Shown in pieces: positions 12,201-22,057 of a stretch of DNA of 64,000 nucleotides. Origin of the DNA: a virus; the IMG/VR virus record IMGVR_UViG_3300032516_000011, positions 39,724 through 103,723 of that record, one strand, 5' to 3'. Each line of letters opens with the position of its first letter. Position 1 is the stretch's first letter. Under the pieces are notes generated by a model. It did no database searches, was not told the DNA's origin, and worked only from the letters and a program-made list of their open reading frames with translations. Position numbers and translations under genes: made by a program.

Positions 12201-13648
12201 ATGTTGGTGGCGGTACTCTTTCCTCCGCTGGATTTAGCTTCTTACATCCTACACAAAACTGGATTGACTTTAAAACTCCAGGAATTAATCCTCCAACATA
12301 TACTACGCGTTCTACGGGTACAAAGATAGCTCTATACAATGCACTCAACTCAACACAAGTTGACTACGCTCTTGGAATCGAAATTAATACTCTCTGGTAT
12401 TCAGTACCACAGTTTGCTGCTACATATCATCACAAATGGTATGCTGGAACTTCAGGCATCATGGACCTCTCCGGCCAAGGAGATCTTACAGTTGCTAAGC
12501 ACATCAACGCTGGTGGCTTACTACAGCTTCGTGGAGCTGACGTAAACGTAGCCGGCACTCTATCGAATGTTGCTTACCTCAATCAAGCAAATACTTTTAC
12601 CGCTACGCAAAATATGTCTGTAGCCGGAACCTCTACAACTCCAGCTGTATTATTAGGTGGGACAACCCAACGTTGGATAGATTTTGGTGCGATTGGAGCA
12701 GCGGCTCCGGCATATACAACAAAGTCTATAGGTATAAAACTAAATTTATTTGAAGGTATATCTTCAACTCAAGTAGACTATGCAATAGGTATTGAAGCAA
12801 ATACGCTATGGTATTCTACACGACAAGCAACCAATGCATTTTTTCACAAATGGTATGCTGGAACTTCTGGTATTATGGATATTAGTGGTGTTGGAGACTT
12901 GCGTGTATTTCATAATCTTCATGCTGGAGGAACCGGTATATTCATGGGGCCCGTAGGAGTTGGAGAGGCTTCTCCGCGATTTTCCCTTGAAGTGCTCGGA
13001 GACATTGGCCAATCGATGTCACGAAGAGAGATGCGGGTGTTGGTGAACGCAGGTGCTACAACTATAAGTACACTTGGTTTAGCTGCTGCTCCCGCCATCA
13101 ATGCCACGCTTAGCAATGCAGATTCGACTGACGGTCCGTGGCTTAATCATGCCACAACTGGTTCTGGTGGACACACAGAAGTAATTAGTGCCTTTACTGT
13201 TATACGTAGAGATTGGGAAGTTGAATATGTAACCCGAGTAAAAACAGATGCCACAACTATTGCTGGGCTTAGATATTGGATTGGACTATTTGAGACTGAT
13301 CCATCAGCTGTTACTCGTACAGGTAATTTTAATACGATATCATTCAGCTATGATTCAGCACTGGACAGCACAAATTTTTGGAGAACCTGTACTTCTATAA
13401 GCGCGGGAACGTGGACTACTAACACAACAACTGCAGCAATTGCGGCCAATACATCTTATCAACTAAGGATAATTTGTAATACAGCTAATGCAGATGTAAG
13501 GTTTTACGTGGATGGTGTATTAGTGACTACGCATACTACTAACTTACCTAATGCAGCGGTCTTAATGGGTTATGGTAATGTTGTTACCGCCCTCACTGCG
13601 GGTGTTCGCAATATAAAGTGGAGTAGAATTTTAATAAGACATAATTAA
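9233..13648 (+). CDS. long tail fibre / receptor-binding protein
   Basis: 1471 aa, G/T/S-rich, GxIGGW tail-fibre motifs, internal duplicated modules, lectin-like C-terminus. Confidence 0.75.
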   Translation: MAYLLKRTADSVVYGTKIKNGSLVVGAYVVLYNSTTSALLGQTTTDQYGRWSFILNTISPTPGTYEVRFYGSGLTSSLPPAGDWEFVEVIDLSAVTASAITYRGIWNVSKQYYGTSTYHEAVKAPDGKYYYSIANSLGVSPPNATYWTYFSDQFSSVATDLLLAQDVAVGRTITLGTALDDGGAGGILKTAGVGTLYTGTGGFYVKGSGLSELRIGTVNGSSALISGILWDGPNGVFEIRSKNFVVDRFGNVILSGTITAASGIIGGWNIGPTYLYSNVGAGAGLAPKEYPFFGGALYASRATAPFRVDTSGNMWATAGYIGGNSTSDGWQITTGSLSTGDILIVDEYFQVSAALKRFGVGPFYAGMFTHYSGSGRDARSGVLGTTSENVPAIYVSANVEPPIIDFDTIAFYVDQYGGMKASHIDLLQTAYSTTLISNNLLNTVIKKDIIVGDIIPRSFNTLGSGTALGFDTLTGYWKPFTYTKAIRQKIDVFPDIYQSTLSGCLSTYGTVNLTTSFPIYATDAVMVFDRNDSTGYKGLSLRGQNRINSTGFLTGGNSLLNLYQLSNEDAATQTVEIFHSLSGITSEVQKTLFISSTGYGDNRTIYVMADSRVEKPNAIHAARGVSAEAYSNASGLAYGVQGYAYGNGGTSRAVGIVGYASGGGTGGTYAGLFDNAPVQFRSYEELWEIAAPGTPATGTGFLYPKANHLLYWKSQAGIEYDLTGATTGSGITSLNALTTSTQNFVPGTAGSTFNISSAASTHTFNIPNAALSASGLVTTSAQTFAGDKTLRNFLIFDTSNIAPPSGSTRSLGTRAVLYSQVGGGNADYAIGIDNGSFWLSLPLPDSGYSYQWYGGTTKVMTLDATGVLAILASGVSTNISNFIELNEIIAPISPGASKGRLYEKTDRRLYFKNATGTEYDLTSSGITALNGLTDPGQTLATGTAGSTFNIVSSAGTHTFNIPVAGTTASGLMTTSAQTFAGNKSFSDTIDVGGGTLSSAGFSFLHPTQNWIDFKTPGINPPTYTTRSTGTKIALYNALNSTQVDYALGIEINTLWYSVPQFAATYHHKWYAGTSGIMDLSGQGDLTVAKHINAGGLLQLRGADVNVAGTLSNVAYLNQANTFTATQNMSVAGTSTTPAVLLGGTTQRWIDFGAIGAAAPAYTTKSIGIKLNLFEGISSTQVDYAIGIEANTLWYSTRQATNAFFHKWYAGTSGIMDISGVGDLRVFHNLHAGGTGIFMGPVGVGEASPRFSLEVLGDIGQSMSRREMRVLVNAGATTISTLGLAAAPAINATLSNADSTDGPWLNHATTGSGGHTEVISAFTVIRRDWEVEYVTRVKTDATTIAGLRYWIGLFETDPSAVTRTGNFNTISFSYDSALDSTNFWRTCTSISAGTWTTNTTTAAIAANTSYQLRIICNTANADVRFYVDGVLVTTHTTNLPNAAVLMGYGNVVTALTAGVRNIKWSRILIRHN

Positions 13649-13658
13649 GGAGAAATAA

Positions 13659-13904
13659 ATGCCGTTTAATAAAGAAAGTTCACAAATTCCTTCCACTATA
13701 GGTAGTTTTTCCGTTGTTATAAATACTCCAAACGGAGTGGCCCCAGCAACAATTAATGCCTTTGTGGATGTACTTGCAGGAGATGGAAGCATCATTCGTA
13801 GGGTTAGCTTAGATTTATTACCCCATTTAGCAGGTGCACAGATAACAACTATAGAGACTTTTATGGCTAATTTAAGAACTAAAGCTGTTGTTGAAATGAT
13901 TTAA
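13659..13904 (+). CDS. small tail-fibre-associated protein
   Basis: 81 aa with AGGAG RBS, directly after the fibre gene. Confidence 0.55.
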   Translation: MPFNKESSQIPSTIGSFSVVINTPNGVAPATINAFVDVLAGDGSIIRRVSLDLLPHLAGAQITTIETFMANLRTKAVVEMI

Positions 13905-13907
13905 TGC

Positions 13908-13936
13908 TTGATACTTTTATAATAATTTCGTATAAT
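13908..13936 (+). promoter_or_regulatory. sigma70-type promoter
   Basis: TTGATA-17 nt-TATAAT upstream of 13962. Confidence 0.6.
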
Positions 13937-13961
13937 AATACATAAACCAATACCAATAACT

Positions 13962-14351
13962 ATGAAATATTATCAAATCTTAGAAGTTAAAAATGCACTT
14001 ACCGACTTAGGTCGCGAGCGTTTACCCATTGCATATGAAGTAGCGAAAAACATTCGCATATGCAATAAAATTATAGATGAGACTGCAGAGCTATCAAAAG
14101 ATATGTTTGAGAAATTTGCAGATAAAGGTTCTGATAACAAACCTATCATGGTGCCTGATGAAAAAAATGGTAATCAGCCTACAATGAAAATTACCGATGC
14201 TGTTAATTTAGCAGCTTATCAAGAAGAAATAATGAAGATCTTAAATGCAGATCATAAAGTGGAATTTATCAAGATTTCAAAGATTCGTATTCAAAGTGAA
14301 AAATTAACGGCCTCTATGATTGTGCCGCTAATTGATGCGATTATAGAATAA
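13962..14351 (+). CDS. hypothetical phage protein
   Basis: 129-aa ORF downstream of the promoter. Confidence 0.65.
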   Translation: MKYYQILEVKNALTDLGRERLPIAYEVAKNIRICNKIIDETAELSKDMFEKFADKGSDNKPIMVPDEKNGNQPTMKITDAVNLAAYQEEIMKILNADHKVEFIKISKIRIQSEKLTASMIVPLIDAIIE

Positions 14352-14361
14352 TGGATTATCG

Positions 14362-15099
14362 ATGCCAAAGAAAGCTACCGCCAAAGAAAGACGCCATACT
14401 ACGGGCAAATTGAATGACGGCGTTAAAGAATATATAGATGGGGTCACAATGAAAATACATGATGAGTTAATATCTAAATTAAATGTTATTGATAACCGTG
14501 ATAAAGCTCAGTATGATGCTGCAAAAAAAATAATACTGGATACTAATGCAGTATTTGATCGACGGCAACAAACTATAGAAGATACCGTATCACGAATGGA
14601 GATCGCATTAAACACGGTGCAGAAGGAGCGTGAGACTACAGATATTAAACTAACTACTTCTATAGCAAACATCCACAGAGAGTTTAGAACCCATATACAC
14701 GATGAAACAGATGAGTTTAAGCAAATAGCTTCTAACCAACTTAACATGGCAACTAATATTGCTGATATCCAAACCACATTAAATACTGTATCAGCTAATG
14801 GAAATAAAGGATTGCACGCCTCTTTACGTGATCTATATGAAAAAAATAGTGAGGTTCATACTGATTTAAAGGAAATAAAAATCCTGTTAGCTCCAGCACT
14901 TGATCGACATCAATGGTGGGAAAGTACAAAGAAAGTATTTAAAACTTCCGGTATATTTACTATAGTAAAAAGTAAGGTTGGCCGCCTGGTATTATTATTA
15001 TGTATACTATTACTAGTGAATACCGTTTTGCATCCATTTTTTGGTGGTAACTTTGATCTACAGAGTATCCTGGAATTTTTTGGCATTGGAAAGGGTTAA
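14362..15099 (+). CDS. coiled-coil protein with C-terminal transmembrane helix
   Basis: heptad-rich body; LVLLLCILLLVNTVL hydrophobic segment. Confidence 0.6.
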   Translation: MPKKATAKERRHTTGKLNDGVKEYIDGVTMKIHDELISKLNVIDNRDKAQYDAAKKIILDTNAVFDRRQQTIEDTVSRMEIALNTVQKERETTDIKLTTSIANIHREFRTHIHDETDEFKQIASNQLNMATNIADIQTTLNTVSANGNKGLHASLRDLYEKNSEVHTDLKEIKILLAPALDRHQWWESTKKVFKTSGIFTIVKSKVGRLVLLLCILLLVNTVLHPFFGGNFDLQSILEFFGIGKG

Positions 15100-15102
15100 T
15101 AT

Positions 15103-15369
15103 ATGAATTGGATTGAGCGCCAGATAGAGTGGGGAAAAAGTTTTCTTAGCGAGTCTTATAAAATTGGAGTTGCCGGAAAAGCTTCCTCACGCAGAGTTAT
15201 CGAGCTCGGCGTTGTATGGGCATTTATATTCTCCTATGTTAAGATCGCAATTGCTTCTGCAACTGTGATCGATATTCCAACGACTTGGGGGATGGTTATA
15301 TTAGGAATCCTGGGAATCAAGGTTTGGGATAAAATTAAAAATAAAGATATATCAGAAACTAAGCCATAA
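15103..15369 (+). CDS. putative holin
   Basis: 88 aa, two hydrophobic helices, SSRR motif, charged C-terminal tail. Confidence 0.5.
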   Translation: MNWIERQIEWGKSFLSESYKIGVAGKASSRRVIELGVVWAFIFSYVKIAIASATVIDIPTTWGMVILGILGIKVWDKIKNKDISETKP

Positions 15370-15457
15370 AATATTGCTGTTGAGTTAAAAATGTTAAATA
15401 CTCTACGCAAATAAAAGTAAAAGTATAGAATAACAAACTGTTTATAAGGAATAAATA

Positions 15458-16519
15458 ATGAAAAAGTTTGCAGGGATATCGTATGATGTCACAGATTTAG
15501 TTTCCGATGGGAGAATTGAATACCTTGTTTCTCTTACAAAGGATGACGCTGATGACTTAATAAAGAATGCCCACATCCCCTCTAAAGATGAGGTAGAAGC
15601 TATGCCATCAGAAGACTTTGCCGTCATTCTGTATCATCCGCATACGGGCTTTCTAAAAAAATTCGCATGCCATGATAAGTATGTAACAAAGTTAAACATA
15701 AAGATTCTTCAGGATACAAATCAAAATTATCCCGATGAGATCTCCAAGACAGCGGCGTTTTACTTGACCAAAGCAGCGAAGCATTTTCGGCTTGAAGTGC
15801 CAGAGAATTTAAAGAAATTAGCAGAAGGAAAACATGTAACAAATATTGTAGACCTTGATGAGATTGATCGCACAGGGTGGTATAAAAAACATACGTCTCA
15901 AATAAAGGTAGCTGAATCTAAAGAATTTGCTTTACCAGAAGTAAAAAAGTATCCTATTGATACTGCCACATTAACGAAGACAGCTGTGCAGTACTTCGAA
16001 AAGAATGCAACTAAGTTATCGCCTAAAGATGCTATTACCTATGCTCTCAATGTAAAAAAAGCATCAAAAAAATTCTCTGTTGATACGACAGATACACGTA
16101 TTGAAAAGTATGCGGCTCTTACTGCATCACATTTCAACGACGATTATAGAGAACACATTCGCTCAAGAAAGATTTTCACCACCGAAGATAATCGTGGCAT
16201 CTACGAAGAGCTTCTTGATCATGCTGAAGATTTTGGAGTAATAAAAACAGCAGAAGTTCTCGAACATATAGATAAAACATTGGATGTATATCGTGAATGG
16301 GGACATGATATTGTAGATCCTTATATATCTGTTTTAGGCATGAAGAAAGAAGCAAATTGTAGCCATAAGGGTAAAAAGATACAGGTATCTATGCTAAAGA
16401 AAGCTGCAGAAGGTATCGTAGATTCTGGCACACTTAGAGATTTAGACGGCCCTGAAGCTGCGTTTGTATTTGATTCACTTCCGACACCCATAAAAGATAA
16501 GATAATTAACAACATATAA
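15458..16519 (+). CDS. hypothetical protein (head module)
   Basis: 353-aa ORF with AGGA RBS, two genes upstream of the portal. Confidence 0.6.
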   Translation: MKKFAGISYDVTDLVSDGRIEYLVSLTKDDADDLIKNAHIPSKDEVEAMPSEDFAVILYHPHTGFLKKFACHDKYVTKLNIKILQDTNQNYPDEISKTAAFYLTKAAKHFRLEVPENLKKLAEGKHVTNIVDLDEIDRTGWYKKHTSQIKVAESKEFALPEVKKYPIDTATLTKTAVQYFEKNATKLSPKDAITYALNVKKASKKFSVDTTDTRIEKYAALTASHFNDDYREHIRSRKIFTTEDNRGIYEELLDHAEDFGVIKTAEVLEHIDKTLDVYREWGHDIVDPYISVLGMKKEANCSHKGKKIQVSMLKKAAEGIVDSGTLRDLDGPEAAFVFDSLPTPIKDKIINNI

Positions 16520-17016
16520 TGCACCCAGCACTAAAGGCTCTTATAACGAGCCAAGAAAATATTCTCGAGCCGGAAACTATAAGACAGTTCGAACCAGGCA
16601 TGAGCGAAGAGGACGTTAATAAAATATTAGCGTTAGCTACTCTTTATAAGTCTCGAGTCTTCTTCGAAGATTATAATTCATTTGAGGATATTACACAAGC
16701 ATTGAACGGATTAGTTCCAACCCCCAATGTATTGCAAGGATGCTCACCCGAACAAATATGGTATGCACTTGATATGGCGCATAAATTATATCCTGATCGT
16801 GAATATAGTCTCGAAGTCCTAAAATATATAGAGTTTATATTCAATGAATCTGGTGTATTTATTTATCCGAGCTATCTTCCAATTGATAATCCATATTTTG
16901 ATAAGGCTGTAGAGCTTGCAACCAATGGTCCCTTCCCTTTGGGAGAGACTACTGAAGAAATTCAGGCGGCAAAGTACCTCGCAATACAAGCGTACTTAAC
17001 ACAAAAAAAGGACTAA
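16519..17016 (+). CDS. hypothetical protein
   Basis: 165 aa, TAATG-coupled to the previous gene. Confidence 0.6.
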   Translation: MHPALKALITSQENILEPETIRQFEPGMSEEDVNKILALATLYKSRVFFEDYNSFEDITQALNGLVPTPNVLQGCSPEQIWYALDMAHKLYPDREYSLEVLKYIEFIFNESGVFIYPSYLPIDNPYFDKAVELATNGPFPLGETTEEIQAAKYLAIQAYLTQKKD

Positions 17017-17022
17017 TAAGCT

Positions 17023-19005
17023 ATGCCAACACTTCCATTTGATGGGACAGCTCTTTCGGCTTCGGACGCAACTATAGCAACATACAGCCGGCTCCAGTAT
17101 CCCAACCCATTCTTTGATTTATCCAGGCATTATTTTCCAAAAACAGTTAAGACACTGTTTAAATATTGCCGTATCTTTTTTTATCAAAATGAATTTATCA
17201 GTAATGTTATCACCAAGTTAGCCGAATACCCTGTCACTGATTTCCTCTACGAAAATATTCAGGACAAAGAAGTTAAGGCTAACTATAAGGAGTTAATAGA
17301 TCACCACCTCAATTTAAAGTCATTCCTTATTGAATGTGGACTGGATTACTTTACTTACGGTAACTGTATCATCTCTGCAAACATGAAGTTCAAACGCTTC
17401 TTGCAGTGTCCTGCGTGTAAAGAAATGTTACCTGCAGAAAATGTAAAATTTAGATGGGTAAATTATGCCTTCATTGGTAAGTGTGAAAAATGTAGCGTCG
17501 AAGGAGTAACCTTCAAGATAGTCGATAAATATTTAAAGAGCCCGCGGTTCTTAAAATTTATACGCTGGGCCCCAGAAAATGTTAATTTAGATTACGATGA
17601 TTTGACTGGCGAAACCGTGTACTATTACACGATGAACGATAAAACAAATAAAGCTATACGAGAAGGCAAGCCCGAAGTTCTGGTACGAGTCCCTAAAATT
17701 TTCATTGATGCTATCAAGAACAATAAAAAAATAGTACTTGACGCACACAACCTATTCCATCTGAAACGTCCTACTCTTGCCGAAGAAGATCAGGGCTGGG
17801 GCAAACCATTACTCCTTCCCACTATGAAAATGCTTTGGTATATGCAGACATTACGCAGAGGAAATGAAGCCATAGTAGCAGACCATCTTATCCCTAACCG
17901 TGCTGTATTCCCTTCGTCTCAGGGCAACCTCGATCCATTTACACAGCTTAATATGGGTCAATGGAGAAGTAACGTCGAAGATCAAATACTCAAGTGGAGA
18001 CGCGATCCTAATGCGATTGGCATATTCCCTATACCTATTGGATATCAATCCCTTGGTGGAGATGCACGCGTACTTATGGTTACTCCCGAGTTAAAGTATC
18101 TTGAAGAGTCAATCATCAACGCGCTCGGTGTTCCGGTTGAATTTATTAAAGGCGGTTCTACATGGACCAGCTCTTCGGTATCTCTACGGATAGTAGAGAA
18201 CCACTTCCTTACATACCGGGAAGAGCTCGACAAATTTATAAACTATTTTATTGTGCCTAAAATCCGGTATTTTTTAGGCTACCCTCCTGTAACAGTTCGT
18301 CTAAAGAAGTTTAAAATGATGGATGATTACCAAACTAAAGAAATTATGTTGCAGATGTCACAGCTTGGGAAGCTATCGGATACTACCTTCTATTCTGAGA
18401 TGGGTATGGATCCACAGGAAGAGATAGAGAATCGGCGTCAGGAAGCAAAGGTACAAACAGATATACAGACGCAATCAATGCTTGCTCAAGCTGATGCTCA
18501 AGGTAAGTCACTGGTTCTGCAGGCACGGTACCAAGCGAAAGCACAGTATGATGCTATCGAAGAGACAGCCCGTATAAAAGAACGTAAGTTTTCTCCTGAG
18601 CTTATAAAAGAATTACAGCTCACAGACATTGATCCCTCGGACTTTCTGGAAAAGCAATCGATTATGATCGAAGGATTGGATCCAGCTAAACAACAACAGT
18701 TACTTGAAATATACCAACAAAAGGCTCCGGTAGCATTTGGTTTTTTAATGAAAAGATTACAAGGACTGTCCGGGCTAACTCCTGAAGCTATGGCGCAGCA
18801 ACAAATGGAAGCAGAGAGTATGAAGCAGCAAGATAAGATGCAAGGTAAACAACACGAACGAGATATGGAAAAAGCAAAGGTTGAAGAGAAGCATTCAAAG
18901 ACCGAGCACGAACGTCATATAGAACGTACATCAGTTGATATGGCAAAGAAAGAACATGCTGCACAAGTAGAAAAAGAAAATCCAAAGGAAGAAAAAAAGA
19001 AATGA
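17023..19005 (+). CDS. portal protein (jumbo-phage type, Zn-ribbon insertion)
   Basis: FHLKRPTL..GWGKPLL and IINALGVPVEFI portal-like motifs, CxxC..CxxC insert, Q/E/K-rich tail. Confidence 0.7.
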   Translation: MPTLPFDGTALSASDATIATYSRLQYPNPFFDLSRHYFPKTVKTLFKYCRIFFYQNEFISNVITKLAEYPVTDFLYENIQDKEVKANYKELIDHHLNLKSFLIECGLDYFTYGNCIISANMKFKRFLQCPACKEMLPAENVKFRWVNYAFIGKCEKCSVEGVTFKIVDKYLKSPRFLKFIRWAPENVNLDYDDLTGETVYYYTMNDKTNKAIREGKPEVLVRVPKIFIDAIKNNKKIVLDAHNLFHLKRPTLAEEDQGWGKPLLLPTMKMLWYMQTLRRGNEAIVADHLIPNRAVFPSSQGNLDPFTQLNMGQWRSNVEDQILKWRRDPNAIGIFPIPIGYQSLGGDARVLMVTPELKYLEESIINALGVPVEFIKGGSTWTSSSVSLRIVENHFLTYREELDKFINYFIVPKIRYFLGYPPVTVRLKKFKMMDDYQTKEIMLQMSQLGKLSDTTFYSEMGMDPQEEIENRRQEAKVQTDIQTQSMLAQADAQGKSLVLQARYQAKAQYDAIEETARIKERKFSPELIKELQLTDIDPSDFLEKQSIMIEGLDPAKQQQLLEIYQQKAPVAFGFLMKRLQGLSGLTPEAMAQQQMEAESMKQQDKMQGKQHERDMEKAKVEEKHSKTEHERHIERTSVDMAKKEHAAQVEKENPKEEKKK

Positions 19006-19208
19006 TGGAAAAGTACGGGGTAGTAAAAGAAGTAGTGATGGGCGAGGTACGTTTTCAAGTACCCCTTAATGCTACAGAGGAAGAAATAATAAGGGAAGGT
19101 GATGCTAGAGGAGTTGAATTTGAGAAAATGGCTTCTTGGAAGGAGGTAGACGATGGAGGAACGGAGAGTGTCCACATTCGATCTGAGCAATCTACAGGAG
19201 AAAATTGA
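19002..19208 (+). CDS. small hypothetical protein
   Basis: 68 aa, start overlaps portal stop. Confidence 0.45.
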   Translation: MMEKYGVVKEVVMGEVRFQVPLNATEEEIIREGDARGVEFEKMASWKEVDDGGTESVHIRSEQSTGEN

Positions 19209-19314
19209 GTACGAGAGGATCCTGAACAAGTACGGGATTATTAAAGAAGAGTTCGCGTATATGAGGGACAGTACTCCAAAAGTTACTGTCTGGTATGTAG
19301 TGGAGGATGAATAA
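19153..19314 (+). CDS. small hypothetical protein (53 aa, not in ORF track)
   Basis: AGGAGG RBS at 19141; reads MEERRVSTFDLSN...VWYVVEDE*; ends at the terminator. Confidence 0.5.
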   Translation: MEERRVSTFDLSNLQEKIEYERILNKYGIIKEEFAYMRDSTPKVTVWYVVEDE

Positions 19315-19347
19315 AAAAGGCCCTTATTACAGGGCCTTTCTTTTTTG
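19313..19347. terminator. bidirectional intrinsic terminator
   Basis: AAAAAAGGCCCT-loop-AGGGCCTTTCTTTTTT between convergent genes. Confidence 0.75.
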
Positions 19348-19350
19348 CTT

Positions 19351-19740
19351 TTATTTTTTTATTTTGTAAGGAAGATAATGAATTATAGTGGAGCTATATA
19401 ATATCAAAGATACAATTGTTGCAAGTGTCATTGTTAATGGTGGTGGTGTAAATATAATGCCGAGTAACATTACTGCGTAGCAGACTATACGTGCACATAT
19501 TAAATGTACTAACGCATAGATGCCTATTTCCGGTATTATAGTATATTGTAGAAGTAATTTACCGATGAAGGAGCCGTAATTAAATTCCTTTTGGCTCATT
19601 AATTTTGTAAATACCAAAGTAGCTATCAATGCCTCAACAACTATACCCATAGCATATGGTAGCCATATCAATGGTGGTGAAACAAAAATAAAGGTTAGCA
19701 ATACTGCAAGTCCGCTATAGGGTACGCGTATTTTAAGCAT
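19351..19740 (-). CDS. membrane protein
   Basis: 129 aa with about 4 hydrophobic segments; coupled to the glycosyltransferase. Confidence 0.6.
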   Translation of the reverse strand: MLKIRVPYSGLAVLLTFIFVSPPLIWLPYAMGIVVEALIATLVFTKLMSQKEFNYGSFIGKLLLQYTIIPEIGIYALVHLICARIVCYAVMLLGIIFTPPPLTMTLATIVSLILYSSTIIHYLPYKIKK

Positions 19741-21281
19741 ATTCTTTCAACCAACCGAGCATCTGTGCCCGTTTTTCGTCCCACATAAAGTTCTTGTAGA
19801 CACGATCAATGGCAGCTTCATTAAGAACTCTTTTCCGTCCATTGGCTACCCATTTTTGATATTCTTTTTCTAATGCTTCAACATATAGCCTTGTATTAAC
19901 AATTGGGCGAAGATGCCCATTGTCCATTGCAATATTGATGTGTGCAACGTTCGGGATTATGTGGCCTGTTTCTCCAAGCATTTCTGGAATTGAAGAGTTG
20001 TTTGGAGCAATAGTTGTAGTGCCTACTGCAGAGGCTTCAATCAGCGACAGCCCTACGCCTTCACCAAGAGCAGTGCTAAGATTAACATCTGCCATGTTAT
20101 AAAACCCATTCAATTCTTCGTCCGAAATAGGATTAGCATATACGTTACCAGCGAATGCGGTAATAGTGTTGTTGACATCGGTGTTCTCGAAGCCTGCATT
20201 AATCATGTGTGCCTGAAGAATATTCGCGCGTCCAGGACCCATCATACGCTCTTGTGTATTACAGTGTAAATAAAGAATTGCATCCTGATGCCCCCCATGC
20301 TGTTCAATAACATCAGTGGCCGCACATCCGTTGAGATCGCATGTTGGGCGAGTTGCAACGTAGGAATTACCGCACTTGCATACTTTATAGCCCTTTGTAA
20401 AATGTGCCCACGCACGAAGTGTTCCAGGTATAAATTTTCTTGGTTGAAATCTATTGTTTGAAATAGCCATAAATTTATCATCCCAGCCACGTGCTTTACG
20501 CAACTGTGTTATTGCTACCTGTGGTAATGGGTAGAATATTTCGGTATTGACTCCGTGATATAGATATTCAATATTGGTTGTCGCAAGTTCGGGTATAGCT
20601 TCTTTTATACTTTTAATGCCCCATTTTGTATAGGTAACGAGTTTATTCATGCCTAACATGGTATTTCCCCACGAACGAGAAACGGGACTACCATCTATAG
20701 GAAAATAACCCACGATAGGGATTTTGTCATTAAATTTCTTTACAGAAGGCAATACGAAATCAATGTTGAATATATCTTGGAAAAGAAGAATGATGTCGGG
20801 ATTGAAATCCGGCAGAACTCTCTGCATGCGATCGAGGCCAAGCATGTCCTGTAGATCGACGGGGTATATAAAGTACTTCGTAGTATCATAACGATGGATA
20901 CCATAATAATTGACTCCGAGAATAGCAACTTCAAATTCTTGATGTAGATCTCTGAAGAGATTTTCTGCTACTATTCCGAAACCTGTTTTAACTGTTGGAG
21001 CGTCACCTACATGTTATCCTAAGGGCTTTTTATCCCTTAGTTCTTACAATTTTATTCTTGTAAGTCCAGCATATATTTTCAACCATTTTAAGGTTGTCGG
21101 GCACTCGTGCGAGCATTATATTTATTCAGCTCGTATGCGTTACACTGTCAATAGACCTTTAGCAATTCCATTGATTAGCACGGTATTGGCATTTCAGCGT
21201 TCACCGTTTTTGTCCGATTCATCATACAAGTTTCCTTGTATGCGGGCATTGCTACCAAATAAGTAACTTCTTTTTATTCAT
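19733..21281 (-). CDS. GT-B (family 4-like) glycosyltransferase, spliced: exon 1 21281-21254, exon 2 21006-19733
   Basis: Joined exons read MNKKKLLIW-C-DAPTVKTGFGIVAENLF...; YHGVN and GEGVGLSLIEA GT4 motifs. Confidence 0.85.
21007..21253 (-). mobile_element. ORF-less group I intron (247 nt)
   Basis: 5' exon ends in U, intron ends in G; P4-like AACGGUGAA/AAUACCGUGCUAA; P7 GCAUA/UAUGC in GUGUAACGCAUAC and AAUAUAUGCUGGAC; removal restores the reading frame. Confidence 0.85.
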
Positions 21282-21393
21282 TTTGTAGTGTTGGTTAATG
21301 TTTTAATGTACCCCTATTATACGAAAAATATATGACAAAATCAAGTTTTGGCCAGCAAAAAATGGTTTTGGCCACATTTAATTTGGGCAAAAT

Positions 21394-21422
21394 TTGACTC
21401 TTATTAGTTTTATTTGTATAAT
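21394..21422 (+). promoter_or_regulatory. sigma70-type promoter for the free-standing nuclease
   Basis: TTGACT-17 nt-TATAAT with TG extension. Confidence 0.65.
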
Positions 21423-21440
21423 AATTTAGGAGACTACTAT

Positions 21441-21953
21441 ATGACAAAAATCGAAAGAAAAGAATACCAACGAAAATGGAGAGAATCTCACAAGGGATAC
21501 TATAAACTATACTGTGAAAAAAATAAGTATCAAATAAGTGCCAATCGTAAACGATGGTGGGCAACCCATAAGAAAAAACATATAGAGTATGAAAACACAA
21601 GAAAAAAGAAATATATTTATAAGCCAGAATCAGAAAAAGTAAGTAAGCATAAGAACTACTATTTATGGGTTCATGCAAAACGTAGAGCTAAAAAAAGTAA
21701 GGTTCCGTTCACTATAAAAGTAACGGATATAATTATGATGGAGCATTGTCCATATTTAAATATCCCGCTATATAGAGGTAATAAAATACATTGTGCGAAT
21801 AGTCCTTCCATAGATCGCATTGTTCCAGAGAAGGGGTACATCCCCGAGAACATACAGGTGATATCATATAAAGCAAATCTTATGAAGAATGACGCCAGTA
21901 TCGATCGCCTAATAATTTTTGCCAACAACATATTAAGAATACATAGTTCTTGA
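21441..21953 (+). CDS. free-standing HNH/His-Me finger endonuclease
   Basis: CPYL...SPSIDRIVPEKGYIPENIQVIS..AN.MK motif; ATG 21441 has an AGGAG RBS; lone + gene in a - block. Confidence 0.8.
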   Translation: MTKIERKEYQRKWRESHKGYYKLYCEKNKYQISANRKRWWATHKKKHIEYENTRKKKYIYKPESEKVSKHKNYYLWVHAKRRAKKSKVPFTIKVTDIIMMEHCPYLNIPLYRGNKIHCANSPSIDRIVPEKGYIPENIQVISYKANLMKNDASIDRLIIFANNILRIHSS

Positions 21954-22027
21954 TAAGGTAAAAAAAATGCAAGACGATTATGCACCTTTTCTTTTACTTT
22001 AAATGTCACTACTTGGTATTGGTTAAA

Positions 22028-22052
22028 TAAAAGGGGAGCCCAAAGACTCCCC
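22028..22052 (-). terminator. intrinsic terminator
   Basis: GGGGAG/CTCCCC hairpin followed by a T-tract on the minus strand. Confidence 0.6.
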
Positions 22053-22057
22053 TAATA

